A program made the position numbers and the translations under genes. Under the pieces are notes generated by a model that searched no databases, was not told the DNA's origin, and was given only the letters and a program-made list of their open reading frames with translations. From Candidatus Uhrbacteria bacterium (lineage in GTDB: Bacteria; Patescibacteriota; Patescibacteriia; UBA9934; GWF2-40-263), in contig JAHFIQ010000005.1 in assembly GCA_023246355.1 (NCBI GenBank), positions 3,086 through 67,085 of the forward strand: a stretch of 64,000 bases of DNA, read 5' to 3'. Shown here one piece after another: positions 63,402 to 64,000 of the stretch (position 1 is the first letter of the stretch; every line of letters starts with the position of its first letter).

Positions 63402-64000
63402 GTGGCGCAGGCCAAGCATCAACCCATTGACACACACGCTGCAGCGAAAGAAAACAAAGCAGCAGCGCAGGCAAGGCACCTGGAGGAGATAAATACCTTC
63501 CTTGCGGTTCGTGATCTTGCTCCCATTGCCAGAACAGGCGACAAGGATCGTCACGAGACTGAATTGGTCGGCATCGCCAGAATTGGCCACGAAAACCCCT
63601 GGTACTCCATCATCGGGTTTGATGTGCTCCATCCGGACGGTCGTCCGGGTCAGTTTTTTCTCCGCTTCCAGGCGCAGGGAGCTCATGGCATGCCCATGAT
63701 TGTCCTGCCGATGGTAAACGACCACCTCGTGTTCGTTTACCAGCACCGCGCGGCTGTCTCGCGTTGGCTCACGGAAGCTCCGCGCCAGTTCGCCAAGTCA
63801 ACACTTGAGCCGTCGATCCTCGACCGCAAAGTGATCGAGTTGGCGCAGCGTGCTGGCCTCCACGATAGATTCCCATCGCATGGGCTTCCGCTTGGCCTTT
63901 TGGGCCGTGAGGCAGTTTCGCTCATGCTCGGTGAGCAGATGAACGTCCTGGAAGTCGTTCAACTGGACGACGGCATGCCCGAGGACAGCGGCTACGACAC
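63402..64000 (+). CDS. Hypothetical protein (partial, runs off window; GTG start; not in ORF track)
   Basis: AAAGGAGGA SD 6 nt upstream of GTG 63402. Open frame to the window end. GC-rich. Confidence 0.3.
   Translation, partial: MAQAKHQPIDTHAAAKENKAAAQARHLEEINTFLAVRDLAPIARTGDKDRHETELVGIARIGHENPWYSIIGFDVLHPDGRPGQFFLRFQAQGAHGMPMIVLPMVNDHLVFVYQHRAAVSRWLTEAPRQFAKSTLEPSILDRKVIELAQRAGLHDRFPSHGLPLGLLGREAVSLMLGEQMNVLEVVQLDDGMPEDSGYD

Noticed and set aside
63129-63746. 205-aa minus-strand ORF downstream of rfbD
   Set aside because: Junk-like translation (Cys/Arg-rich, no RBS). The plus-strand GTG ORF with a strong SD (63402->) is preferred, though both remain unverified.

Overview
This 64-kb window comes from a moderate-GC (~45-52%) bacterial genome. 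Its genes lean heavily toward the cell envelope and glycans: O-antigen ligase/Wzy and Wzz-like proteins, about ten GT2/GT4/GT-C glycosyltransferases, UXS, rfbB, rfbD, subtilases with FG-GAP tails, and an ECF sigma factor. Guessing that this is an uncultivated Patescibacteria-like lineage is inference only.

The main finding is a complete diversity-generating retroelement (DGR) at 47.1-49.9 kb. It has a target gene with a C-terminal variable repeat (VR), a template repeat (TR) 360 bp downstream, a divergently overlapping Avd-like gene, and a reverse transcriptase carrying the DGR-type LGxxxSQ motif. The TR and VR differ at 15 positions, every one of them at a TR adenine. The DGR sits inside a glycosyltransferase cluster, bracketed by two direct copies of a 118-nt long-hairpin element.

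Other notable items:
- smpB with an adjacent tmRNA (ssrA) that is absent from the ORF track.
- A ~10-kb GC-rich (~65%) island of five lipoproteins packed with MopE-like Cys/Asp repeats.
- A family of GGTGGA-repeat inverted-repeat-bounded units, one of which carries an orphan Avd/four-helix-bundle gene.
- A REP-flanked RAYT (Y1 transposase).

Many long ORFs in the GC-rich stretches are antisense shadows.
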